In this document: piece by piece, positions 1 to 8,941 of the stretch | Position numbering within the stretch: position 1 is the stretch's first letter | Layout of the letters: each line of letters opens with the position of its first letter | NCBI GenBank assembly: GCA_934277865.1 | Contig: CAKQVW010000001.1 | Span: 1-45,556 of the forward strand | Source: an uncultured Pseudobdellovibrionaceae bacterium | Lineage (GTDB): Bacteria; Bdellovibrionota; Bdellovibrionia; Bdellovibrionales; JAMPXM01 | Length of the DNA: 45,556 nt | Reading direction: 5' to 3' | Translations under genes and position numbers: made by a program | The notes under the pieces: model-generated | Database searches by the model: none | What the model was told of the DNA's origin: nothing | What the model saw: only the letters and a program-made list of their open reading frames with translations

Positions 1-27
1 TGCGCTCGATGAGCGTTGAGATGCCGG

Positions 28-1776
28 TTATTGGAAACCTTCGTCTGAATAGGCGCGACGACTGACGGTCGTGCGATTGAGATCGAGGTAAAACTCGGCT
101 GCGGTCGCGCCTATCTGCGGATGACGGAAGTGAACGTCAAAAACATCGCGATAGCGTTTTGGATTTCCTATAGTGGCACTGGTTTCAACGTTCACGAGTA
201 TCATTCGAGAAGCGATGTCGTCGCTGAGTTTTGCGACATAGCGGGCAATATGGCGACCAGACACGTAGACGATGATCGGGGACTCGGGCTGTGCCCGAAG
301 GGCACGAGTGATGTCTTCCATTTTTGATTGGCGCAAATGGTAGCTCTTAATTTTATAGCCGGCGGCTCTGTTCCTAAATGATGTGATGAAATCCAATCGT
401 GAAGACAGTACCAGGATCGGATCGTTGGATGCTCGAATTTTTTCGAACTCGAGTTCGTCAGCGGGCCGACGTTCGCGACGGTTTCGAACTGCGGCCTTGA
501 TCACGGCGTCGCCGAGTTCGACAAAATCCCGATGAAGAAGATTCTTTCGAAGTTCGTCTTGCGTAGCAAGGTGGAGCTTGGCTGGGATGTACGCGCGCTT
601 TGCGGCAGCGATTCTGCCAAGGGCTTCTTCTACACGTGAGCGCGAAAGTTTTCCCGTCTCGAGGGCTGTCTCGAGGGCCTTTAGGACCTCCCGCTGCATC
701 TGGCGACTCCATGCGATCATGACCATGTCGGCGCCGGCTTCAATCGCTCGAACCGCTCGTTGTCCGATATTCTTCTCTGCGGATGCGCCAGCCATTTCAA
801 TATCGTCCGTCATAACCAAGGGACTTTTTGCGATTGTGTCTCGAAGAAGATCCGTGATGATAGGTTTAGAGAATGTTGCGGGAACCCCCGTGGGATCGAG
901 CTCCGGGAATGCGACGTGTGCCAACATAATTCCCCAGGGACGTTTCATGCTTTTTGCCAGAGCGAAGTACGGAACGAGGTCGCGTTTGGTCAACGCATCC
1001 AAGGTGGAATTGTTATAGGCGGCGACAAGATGTGAATCGCCGGACGCATTGCCGTGACCGGGGAAATGTTTTGCGATTGGTAGCACGTTCATGTCCTGTA
1101 GACCTTGAGCAACAGCGGTTGTCATTTCCGAAACAAGCTGTGCGTTGCTTCCGAAGCTCCGAGTGCCGAGAAAGCGATCTGTGTTCGGGTCGGAGACATC
1201 CACGACGGGCGCCAGGTTGACGTTGATGCCGAGTGCTTTCAAAAGGCGTCCGGTCGCAACACCTGATTTTCTGGCGACCGCAATGTCTCGCGTTCTTGCA
1301 ATTGCTAGCGCCGATGGAAGAGTTGGAGAGTGTCGAATGCGAATGACATTCCCACCCTCTTGGTCGATGGCGACAAGCAGGGGAGAGCGTGAAACTTTCA
1401 TCGATAGTTCTTGGGCTGCGTGGTTCAGAAGGGAAACTTGTCTGGCGGACCGGACGTTTCGGCCGAATAGGAGAATGGCGCCAGGTTTGGTTTCGCGGAT
1501 CACCTCGGCGAGACCGTCGTTTAAGGAAGTCCCCTTGAAGCCGACAATCAAAAGTTGACCAAGTGGTAGCGAAGGAAGTGGCATCTTGCTCAAATTGGCC
1601 GATTGAACACTTGCATGTGATGGGGTGTTCGCGATTGGCTTAAGTGCGGGCGCCGTCGATAGAGGGACTTCATCCGTGCGATAAAGCTCTGCTTCTAGCT
1701 CTTCCATATCGGTTAATGCCGATGCGTTGGTCATCGACCCGAAAACGGTGAGGAGCAGAAAAAGAAGTAGGTTCAT
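28..1776 (-). CDS. Secreted glycoside hydrolase family 3 protein (NagZ-like beta-N-acetylhexosaminidase catalytic domain) with an unassigned C-terminal extension of about 180 aa
   Basis: 582-aa ORF. Signal-peptide-like N-terminus MNLLLFLLLTVFGSMTNASA. GH3 hallmarks AIDQEGGNV and KHFPGHGNASGDSH. I recognise no motif in the C-terminal third. Confidence 0.8.
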   Translation of the reverse strand: MNLLLFLLLTVFGSMTNASALTDMEELEAELYRTDEVPLSTAPALKPIANTPSHASVQSANLSKMPLPSLPLGQLLIVGFKGTSLNDGLAEVIRETKPGAILLFGRNVRSARQVSLLNHAAQELSMKVSRSPLLVAIDQEGGNVIRIRHSPTLPSALAIARTRDIAVARKSGVATGRLLKALGINVNLAPVVDVSDPNTDRFLGTRSFGSNAQLVSEMTTAVAQGLQDMNVLPIAKHFPGHGNASGDSHLVAAYNNSTLDALTKRDLVPYFALAKSMKRPWGIMLAHVAFPELDPTGVPATFSKPIITDLLRDTIAKSPLVMTDDIEMAGASAEKNIGQRAVRAIEAGADMVMIAWSRQMQREVLKALETALETGKLSRSRVEEALGRIAAAKRAYIPAKLHLATQDELRKNLLHRDFVELGDAVIKAAVRNRRERRPADELEFEKIRASNDPILVLSSRLDFITSFRNRAAGYKIKSYHLRQSKMEDITRALRAQPESPIIVYVSGRHIARYVAKLSDDIASRMILVNVETSATIGNPKRYRDVFDVHFRHPQIGATAAEFYLDLNRTTVSRRAYSDEGFQ

Positions 1777-1884
1777 GCAGCCACTAGGATACTAAAGACG
1801 ATGACAATTCGCCTTTACACCTAGGGCTAGCTCGACCTCGTCTGGTCTTAAGAACTGAAGTCGACACCGGCAGCAACAACGATC

Positions 1885-2832
1885 TCAAAACAAAAATTGA
1901 ACTACGACTTCTGGATGCAGAGAAGACTGGTAGTACCTGCCATAGTAGTAAGCTCCGCGAGAATCTTGAAAAACCTCATCACTTGATTGACCTACATGAG
2001 CTAGAGCTTCCCAGGGCTTTTGACGCAGGTGCCAGCTGAAGCTTACGCCAAGTTGTACAAAGATGCTATTTAGATCGACTTGGAAGGAGAGCCCCAAGTG
2101 GCCTGCCGGATAAATTGCAGTAATAGCTAGAAGCCCAGCCTCAAGGTTCAGTTTTGAATTCGGGCTGGTAACAATTCTTAACAACAATGAGGCGTCAACT
2201 TGTCCCTTAATATCTGGAGTGCCTGGATTAATTCTCAGGGAATACGGACGATCTTCGTTGAAAAAGTAGGAATACTTAAATCCATAAACGATTGAAAAGT
2301 CGGAAAACTGATGTGTTTCAATAAAATTTATCGCAGCTACTTCAAAGCTATATCCATCTACGAGCGATTGGTAGGCTTCTAATTCCTGGTAGCTTGTTGG
2401 ATTTGAAGTTCGCCTTAGACTAATTATTTCAGATGATTGATACGGACAGAAGAAATCGCCATCTTGTTTGCATTCGAGAAATGGTCGAGAACGTGGAAGT
2501 GTCCGAAAGTATGAAAGAAGAGTGGCTCTGCTATCACCATCTGAATCTCGATGACCAAACTTAATGTGAATGTTGGCGGCCTCATAATTAACAAACAACC
2601 AGGGACTTGTAGCTAATGTAATTTGGTTCGAAACACCGCAGCCGAGAACGTAGTTTCCGATGGTGCATTGGCCACTTTTTAGCAAATCTGAGGATTGAGT
2701 TTGATTGTGCCCAAAACCTTCGAAAGCTATAGCCGTCCGCATCACAAAAACAACAGCGCTTGCGAACAAAATTCGCAAAAAAATACAGAAACTAATTCGG
2801 GATAAGCTTCTCAATGATTTGTAGCTCCTCAT
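1885..2832 (-). CDS. Hypothetical exported protein, possibly an outer-membrane beta-barrel
   Basis: 315-aa ORF. Basic N-region plus hydrophobic core and an AIA-F cleavage-like site. Alternating aromatic/polar stretches. C-terminal ...VVVQFLF ends in Phe as in many OMPs. The ATG at 2832 overlaps the mfd 3' end by 41 nt and has no clear SD. Confidence 0.45.
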   Translation of the reverse strand: MRSYKSLRSLSRISFCIFLRILFASAVVFVMRTAIAFEGFGHNQTQSSDLLKSGQCTIGNYVLGCGVSNQITLATSPWLFVNYEAANIHIKFGHRDSDGDSRATLLSYFRTLPRSRPFLECKQDGDFFCPYQSSEIISLRRTSNPTSYQELEAYQSLVDGYSFEVAAINFIETHQFSDFSIVYGFKYSYFFNEDRPYSLRINPGTPDIKGQVDASLLLRIVTSPNSKLNLEAGLLAITAIYPAGHLGLSFQVDLNSIFVQLGVSFSWHLRQKPWEALAHVGQSSDEVFQDSRGAYYYGRYYQSSLHPEVVVQFLF

Positions 2833-5800
2833 AGATTTTCGGCCAGGTGATGGTGTCCATGCGGATGTTGAGTCGCATGTCTGGAGTCAAGCTGATTCGT
2901 CCCTTTTCGCGGTTCGTAAGTTGAACGATCTCTTGTGGAGGAACTTTTGTCTGTGCTGTAAAGGCCAGTGAAATCGCTTTCGGCCCGGAACTTAAATCGC
3001 GAATGCCGAGCTTGCGACAAAGCGAGCGAATAAGCATGAGGCCAAGAAGGTTGATGACTTGTTCGGGTGGCCGGCCGAACTGATCGGACATCTGTTCTTC
3101 GATGCGATCCAGATCCTCGGGTGATTCGATTTGCGAGAGCGTGCGATACCAGGCCAGGCGAATTCGGATGTCCGGCATGTAGGTGTCGGGAATAAGAGCC
3201 TGAATGCGAACGTTGATGTCGGGCTCGATGTTCTCGATGATCTCTTCGCCTTTAAGCTCTTTGATCGTTTCTTCCAGGAGTTCGAGGTACATCTCGTAGC
3301 CGACCGCTTCGATGTGGCCGGATTGATCTTCACCAAGAAGATTTCCCGCTCCGCGAAGCTCGAGGTCGTGGTGGGCAATGGTAATGCCGCTTCCCAGCGC
3401 CGTGTTTTCTTGGATCACTTTCAAGCGTTCTTGAGCATCTTTTTCGATGCGTTTGTTGGGTGGAATCAAGAGGTAGCAGTAAGCGCGCTCTTTTGAGCGG
3501 CCGACGCGACCACGCAGCTGGTACAGCTGACTTAAGCCAAGCTGATGAGCATTATCGATGAACATCGTGTTGGCGCGCGGGTTGTCGATGCCGGATTCGA
3601 TGATCGTGGTGCTTAAGAGAACGTCGATCTCGTGATTGAAGAAGGCCACCATCGTCGCCTCGAGTTCGTGCTCGTCCATTTGTCCGTGACCGATGCGAAT
3701 GCGGGCGTTGGGCACGAGTTTTCGTAGCGTGTCGGCGACTCCGTAGATCGATTGAACGCGGTTGTGGAGGAAGAATACCTGACCGCCGCGTTGAATTTCG
3801 GATTCAATACCGCGACGGATGGTTTCTTCGTCGAATTTGCAGACAAAGGTGCGCGTTGGCAGGCGATTAACCGGTGCTGTGTTGATGAGGCTGAGATCGC
3901 GGATGCCGATCAGGGACATGTTCAGTGTACGCGGAATCGGTGTCGCGGAAAGAGTGAGGGTATCGACTCCGACTTTCAGCTTTCGGATCTTTTCTTTGTG
4001 TCCAACGCCGAAGCGCTGTTCTTCGTCGATGATTAAAAGACCAAGCTCTTTGAATTCGATGTCTTTGGACAGCAAACGGTGTGTTCCAACGAGAATATCG
4101 ACTTTCCCGTCTTTGACTTCGGCGATCGTTTTGCGTTGCTCGGCCGGCGGAACAAAGCGATTGAGCGCGCGGATATTGACGGGCCAATTGCGGAATCGCT
4201 TTTGGAATGTCTCCAAATGCTGGAAGCTCAACACCGTTGTTGGCGCCAGAACGGCGATTTGCTTTCGACCTTGAATGGCTTTGAAGGCCGCTCGCATAGC
4301 AACCTCGGTTTTTCCGAAACCGACGTCGCCGCATACGAGGCGATCCATCGGTTTTTCGGTCGCCATGTCGTGCACGATGGCGTTGATCGCCTTTAGTTGG
4401 TCGTCCGTTTCATCGTAGGGAAAGCTTGATTCAAAGAGATCAAATTCCCCGTTGGCCTTCTCGTCGTGCGGAAATGGAGGGCGAATGCTTTGCGCGCGTT
4501 TTGCGTAAAGCTGCAAGAGCTCTCCGGCGAGTTCGCGTAGCTGGCTTCGGACTTTGATTTTTGTTTTCGCCCAGCCTGTGCCGCCGAGTTTGTCGATCAG
4601 AGCTTCGCCGCCCGGGCCGGAATACTTCTGAATCTGCGCGATTCGATAGATCGGGAGATAAAGCTTGTCGCCCTCTTTATAGGAGAGAGCCAGGAATTCG
4701 CCTTCGATGCCGTTTACGCTCATGCGTTTGAGGCCTTCGTAAACCCCAATTCCGTGTTGAACGTGAACGACCTTGTCGCCGACCTGCAGGTCCGTAAACG
4801 CAATTGCCGCCGTGAAGTCTTTAAATGTCTCGTTGACGGCGGTGGCCTTTTCGCGGCGGCGTGATTTTCTCCCGAAAAAATCTTCGTCCCTTAAAAAGAC
4901 GAGATGCTCTTCTGGCACGCGAAAACTGGAGTCGAGCACCCGAGGTACCAAAGTCACAAGCTTTTGATCGTCGTGCTGTCGGCGCTTGATGGCCACCCAA
5001 TCGAAGTCCTCATGCGCGAGAATCTCTATTCGCCAATCTTGCTTTTCCAGAGTGGCAGCAAGTCGCTGCGACTGGGCGGCTGTGCCGGCGGCGACCACAA
5101 CAGTTTCTTCGCGTTCGCGCCAGGATTGCAGGCGTGCGAGAGCTTCTACTCCAGCTGGATTCTGAGGAGTTGGCGGTGCAAAGCGAAGGTCGATGGTCGA
5201 GAGTTTGAGCTGGGAGGATGTGTCGCTCGGGTCGGCTTCATTCGGGGACGAACCAAAATCGGCGATGCGATTGTCGTCCGAGGCAAAGGGGTCTTGATCG
5301 ATCGCCAATTTGGAGACGGTGATGGTTGCTTTGATGTGATCAAAGTTCCAGTTTTCAAGCGGACGGTAGAGAGAATCGGGGTTGGGGCAGATCGCAAGAT
5401 TTTGTGAAGCTTTGAACTCTCGTTTGACGGACTCTTCCAGCGTGTCGCCAGCCCGAGCCGTTTCGATGGGGTTGACCATCCAAACTGCGAGGTCGCTATT
5501 CACATGATCCAGCGGGCATTCAAAGGTTTCGTGAAAATAGGGGAGCAGGAAATCAATTCCCGGGAAAAGGTGACCCTGGGCAAGTGAGTGCAGAACAACT
5601 TGTGCTTCCGATTCGTCGACGCTGGCGTCCGCCGACGCCTTGCGCTTTTCGAGGTCCTGACGAAATAGCCGTGTCGAGCGTTCGCGGATCTCGTCATTGA
5701 AAACAAACTCCTTGGCAGGAAGAACCACGGCTTCACGAATTTCGTCGTCAGACCGTTGGGTCGCTGGATCGAAGTGCCGAATGGATTCGATGGTGTCGCC

Positions 5801-6379
5801 AAACAGATCAAAACGAATCGGACGGTCGTGAGCTGGCGAAAAAATATCGACCACGGAGCCTCGGATCGCAAACGTGGCGACGTCTTCGACAAGGGGAGAG
5901 GCCGTGTATCCCAGTCGCGTGAGCTGTTCGGCTAGAGTTTGGGAAATCTCGTCACCTTTTCGGAACTTAAAGGTGGCGCCCTGCAGGCTTTGTTGAGGAA
6001 TAGTGCGCTGCGAAACGGATTCGACAGTGGCGGTGTAAAACTGAAACGGGCGAATATTTCGAACATGGTGAATCCAAGAGACACGGTCGGCGACGGTTCG
6101 TGGGTTTGGATAAAGTCCCGAGTACGGCGTGACATCAAAGGACGGGAGGTGCCGCACGCTCCAAGAGTTGCTGAAAAAATCAACAGCTCGATGAAACTGA
6201 CGGGCCTCTTCGTCGGTGGCAAAGACCAAAACGTGGGATTCGGGATGATCGGAAGAAGTAAGAAGCATGGCCAGAACATCGGGGGAATCGAAGCCCGAAA
6301 CTTCAATTCGGCGTTCGCCACTTTCTCGGGCACGTCGGATTCCAGCCAAGGTGTGAATCTGAAGAACGGAATGGTTCAT
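2792..6379 (-). CDS. mfd: Transcription-repair coupling factor Mfd
   Basis: 1195-aa ORF. CarD/TRCF RNAP-interacting segment VGDKVVHVQHGIGVYEGL. Superfamily-2 helicase Walker A GDVGFGKTEVA, DEEQRFG box and QLRGRVGR motif VI. Confidence 0.95.
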   Translation of the reverse strand: MNHSVLQIHTLAGIRRARESGERRIEVSGFDSPDVLAMLLTSSDHPESHVLVFATDEEARQFHRAVDFFSNSWSVRHLPSFDVTPYSGLYPNPRTVADRVSWIHHVRNIRPFQFYTATVESVSQRTIPQQSLQGATFKFRKGDEISQTLAEQLTRLGYTASPLVEDVATFAIRGSVVDIFSPAHDRPIRFDLFGDTIESIRHFDPATQRSDDEIREAVVLPAKEFVFNDEIRERSTRLFRQDLEKRKASADASVDESEAQVVLHSLAQGHLFPGIDFLLPYFHETFECPLDHVNSDLAVWMVNPIETARAGDTLEESVKREFKASQNLAICPNPDSLYRPLENWNFDHIKATITVSKLAIDQDPFASDDNRIADFGSSPNEADPSDTSSQLKLSTIDLRFAPPTPQNPAGVEALARLQSWREREETVVVAAGTAAQSQRLAATLEKQDWRIEILAHEDFDWVAIKRRQHDDQKLVTLVPRVLDSSFRVPEEHLVFLRDEDFFGRKSRRREKATAVNETFKDFTAAIAFTDLQVGDKVVHVQHGIGVYEGLKRMSVNGIEGEFLALSYKEGDKLYLPIYRIAQIQKYSGPGGEALIDKLGGTGWAKTKIKVRSQLRELAGELLQLYAKRAQSIRPPFPHDEKANGEFDLFESSFPYDETDDQLKAINAIVHDMATEKPMDRLVCGDVGFGKTEVAMRAAFKAIQGRKQIAVLAPTTVLSFQHLETFQKRFRNWPVNIRALNRFVPPAEQRKTIAEVKDGKVDILVGTHRLLSKDIEFKELGLLIIDEEQRFGVGHKEKIRKLKVGVDTLTLSATPIPRTLNMSLIGIRDLSLINTAPVNRLPTRTFVCKFDEETIRRGIESEIQRGGQVFFLHNRVQSIYGVADTLRKLVPNARIRIGHGQMDEHELEATMVAFFNHEIDVLLSTTIIESGIDNPRANTMFIDNAHQLGLSQLYQLRGRVGRSKERAYCYLLIPPNKRIEKDAQERLKVIQENTALGSGITIAHHDLELRGAGNLLGEDQSGHIEAVGYEMYLELLEETIKELKGEEIIENIEPDINVRIQALIPDTYMPDIRIRLAWYRTLSQIESPEDLDRIEEQMSDQFGRPPEQVINLLGLMLIRSLCRKLGIRDLSSGPKAISLAFTAQTKVPPQEIVQLTNREKGRISLTPDMRLNIRMDTITWPKIYEELQIIEKLIPN

Positions 6380-6435
6380 AAGTGTGTGGAACTTCCTTTG
6401 GACCGCATCGCAGCAAATCCTTGTAATCTCAGTTC

Positions 6436-6464
6436 TTGGAATCCGCGTCGTGCCTCAGTATAAG
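6436..6464 (+). promoter_or_regulatory. Candidate sigma-70-type promoter for the nuo operon (TTGGAA-N17-TATAAG)
   Basis: TTGGAA at 6436-6441, a 17-nt spacer, TATAAG at 6459-6464. It lies 42 nt upstream of the nuoA ATG in the 126-bp mfd/nuoA divergent spacer. Sequence match only. Confidence 0.3.
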
Positions 6465-6505
6465 GAGCTAAACGCATCACGGAGTCTCAACTTTAGGAGC
6501 CTACC

Positions 6506-6907
6506 ATGTCCCCAGTCGTCGCACCTGCAACGGCATCGAGTCTGTTGCCCGTCATCATCTTGGCAGTCATCGTTGTCGCATTCGGTCTTGTTATCGTCTT
6601 CGGTACATCCTTACTTGGTCCGAAGAGAGCGGTAAAGTCCAAGGCGCAAATGATGCCTTACGAGTGCGGAATTCCCGGAACCGAAACAAACGACACCAAG
6701 ATCTCGATCAAGTTTTACCTGACGGCGATCCTCTTCATTCTCTTCGATATCGAAATCATCTTCATGTATCCGTGGGCAATCAAGTTCTTGGATTCCATCA
6801 AAGAAGGTTTGGGTGGCTACATGTTGGCGACGATGGGCGTGTTTGTTCTGCTCTTCGTTGTGGGTTTGGTTTGGGAAGTAAAATCGAAAGCGCTCGACTG
6901 GAAGTAA
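6506..6907 (+). CDS. nuoA: NADH-quinone oxidoreductase subunit A
   Basis: 133-aa three-TM protein with YECG...KFYL.AILF.LFD.E...L.PW pattern (PYECGIPG, KFYLTAILFILFDIEIIFMYPWA). SD TAGGAG upstream. Confidence 0.9.
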   Translation: MSPVVAPATASSLLPVIILAVIVVAFGLVIVFGTSLLGPKRAVKSKAQMMPYECGIPGTETNDTKISIKFYLTAILFILFDIEIIFMYPWAIKFLDSIKEGLGGYMLATMGVFVLLFVVGLVWEVKSKALDWK

Positions 6908-6911
6908 GCTA

Positions 6912-8063
6912 ATGGGAAAAGACGTTTTTGAAGTAACAGTAAATATTCTGAAGATGTTCGTCATCTTCCTGATGATGGTACAGGCCGTGCCGATTCTCGT
7001 TTGGTTGGAGCGCCGAGGTTCGGCTTTCATCCAAAACCGATTGGGGCCAAACCGCATTGGACCTTTGGGGCTTTTGCAGCTGCTTGCGGATGCCGTGAAG
7101 TTCTTGTTCAAACAGTCGTTTGTTCCAGAGAAGAGCGTTGCGCCTCTTTACTATTTTGCGCCAGTTATGGCGTTGATCCCGGGTGCTCTGGCGTTCAACT
7201 CGATTCCGCTCTCGATCCCTATTAATATTCAACCATTTGAAATGGCTGGCCAGACATGGGGACCGTATACGTTTGCATTCCAAGGTTACGACCTTGGAAT
7301 CGGCATCGTCTTTATCCTCGGGATCTCTTCGCTCGCGGTTTACGGATTGATGATGGCGGGCTGGGGTTCTTCGAACAAGTACTCGCTGATGGGTGCGGTT
7401 CGTGCGACAGCTCAGGCGATTTCTTACGAACTCGCGCTTTCGCTTTCGCTAGTCGGAATTCTGATGGTTTACGGTACGTTCTCGTTCCGTGAGATCGTCG
7501 ACATTCAGACGGGCCCGCTGACATTCAAAGCGTTTGGCGCCGAGCATATCGTGAGCTGGCTTCCTAACTGGGGAATCTTCTTTCAGCCGTTGGGTGCACT
7601 GATCTTCTTCGCGGCGACGTTCGCTGAAGCTAACCGTTTGCCGTTTGACTTGCCAGAGGCGGAAGGTGAATTGGTCGCGGGATTCCACACGGAATATGCC
7701 GGATTCAATCTACTTTTGTTCTACATCGGTGAATACGGCCACATGATGGTCGCAAGTGCGTTGCTCGCAACATTCTATTTTGGCGGTTATTCGTTCCCTG
7801 GATTGAATCCAGCAGACGTTTTGACCTACATGCAAAGCGTGACGGGTGGAGCGAACTCTGCGTCGATTTTGACCGCTGTGGTTTTCCATCTCGTGCTGCT
7901 GGCGAAGGTTGCGATCTTCCTGTGGATCTTCATCCACGTGCGCTGGACACTGCCGCGTTTCCGTTATGACCACCTGATGAGCCTCGGTTGGAAAACAATG
8001 TTGCCTTGGGCGCTCGCAAACGCGTGCCTCACGGCTATTTGGATGTGGCTGGGCCACCGTTAA
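6912..8063 (+). CDS. nuoH: NADH-quinone oxidoreductase subunit H
   Basis: 383-aa polytopic protein with NuoH/ND1 motifs ERRGSAFIQNRLGPNRIGPLGLLQLLADAVKF and AEANRLPFDLPEAEGELVAGFHTEY. Starts 4 nt after the nuoA stop. Confidence 0.95.
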   Translation: MGKDVFEVTVNILKMFVIFLMMVQAVPILVWLERRGSAFIQNRLGPNRIGPLGLLQLLADAVKFLFKQSFVPEKSVAPLYYFAPVMALIPGALAFNSIPLSIPINIQPFEMAGQTWGPYTFAFQGYDLGIGIVFILGISSLAVYGLMMAGWGSSNKYSLMGAVRATAQAISYELALSLSLVGILMVYGTFSFREIVDIQTGPLTFKAFGAEHIVSWLPNWGIFFQPLGALIFFAATFAEANRLPFDLPEAEGELVAGFHTEYAGFNLLLFYIGEYGHMMVASALLATFYFGGYSFPGLNPADVLTYMQSVTGGANSASILTAVVFHLVLLAKVAIFLWIFIHVRWTLPRFRYDHLMSLGWKTMLPWALANACLTAIWMWLGHR

Positions 8064-8078
8064 GAGAGGAAAATTCTG

Positions 8079-8618
8079 ATGCCGGTTCTTTCTGAAAATC
8101 TCTTGTTCTTTATCTTGGCGGGACTCACGATTTTTTCGGGTTTGATGGTCATCCTTCAAACCAATCCAATCTTCTGCGCTCTCGCACTTGCGATGACGAT
8201 GATCTCGATCGCCGGGATCTTTGCGTCGCTGGGAGCATGGTTTGTCGCCGGCGTTCAGTTGATCGTCTACGCGGGCGCCGTCATGGTTCTCTTTGTCATG
8301 GTACTGATGCTCTTTGACCTCAAAGACGAAGTTCGGGCGTTTTCGCGCGGGCTGGTTTCTGGTTTCGTCAAAATAGCGTCGGTCGGAATTATTGGCGGCG
8401 TTGTCACGGCGGCAATCTGGATGTCGGCGGAAACAGTGTTCCCAACGACACCGTCTGGGTTGCAGGTGTCGGCGACACAGTCGACCAAACAGCTCGCGGA
8501 CTTGCTGTTTAAAAAGTACATCTTCTCGTTCGAAGCGATGGGGGCCTTGCTCTTGATCATCGCGATTGGCGCGGTGGCACTCTCGCGCATCCAAGGAGGA
8601 ACTCATGCCGATCGCTGA
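8079..8618 (+). CDS. nuoJ: NADH-quinone oxidoreductase subunit J
   Basis: 179-aa membrane protein with the NuoJ/ND6-like pattern ([22 protein letters not shown]). Starts 15 nt after the nuoH stop, so there is no room for nuoI. Confidence 0.85.
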   Translation: MPVLSENLLFFILAGLTIFSGLMVILQTNPIFCALALAMTMISIAGIFASLGAWFVAGVQLIVYAGAVMVLFVMVLMLFDLKDEVRAFSRGLVSGFVKIASVGIIGGVVTAAIWMSAETVFPTTPSGLQVSATQSTKQLADLLFKKYIFSFEAMGALLLIIAIGAVALSRIQGGTHADR

Positions 8619-8937
8619 TTCATTGGCAAACGTCGGTCTTAGCCACTATCTGGTTTTGTCGGCGATCCTTTTTACGTTTGGACTACTGGGCGTTTTGCTT
8701 CGTCGCAACGTCATCGTGATTCTGATGTCGATCGAATTGATGTTGAACGCGGTCAATATCTCGTTTGTTGCGTTTTCGCGTTACTCGCCGAACGGCAACA
8801 TGGACGGCCAGGCGATGGTTTTCTTCGTCATGACGATTGCGGCGGCAGAAGCGGCCGTTGGTCTCGCACTGGCGACGACGATTTTTAAGAAATTCCGTGA
8901 AGTGAACATCCGCTACTTTGAGCATCTGAAGGGCTAG
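8605..8937 (+). CDS. nuoK: NADH-quinone oxidoreductase subunit K
   Basis: The track ORF begins at 8566, but the ATG at 8605 has GGAGGA 5 nt upstream and gives a typical 110-aa NuoK ([24 protein letters not shown]...[10 protein letters not shown]...[11 protein letters not shown]). It overlaps the nuoJ 3' end by 14 nt. Confidence 0.9.
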   Translation: MPIADSLANVGLSHYLVLSAILFTFGLLGVLLRRNVIVILMSIELMLNAVNISFVAFSRYSPNGNMDGQAMVFFVMTIAAAEAAVGLALATTIFKKFREVNIRYFEHLKG

Positions 8938-8941
8938 CGCT

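Noticed and set aside
7710-8606. 298-aa minus-strand ORF antisense to nuoH/nuoJ. Similar long antisense ORFs are 9080-10039, 10073-10801, 10767-11276 and 11273-11638 opposite nuoL/nuoM.
   Set aside because: They are extremely Arg/His/Asp/Gln-rich and low in complexity, with no motifs. The opposite strand encodes unmistakable Nuo subunits. They are shadow ORFs typical of hydrophobic-protein genes.
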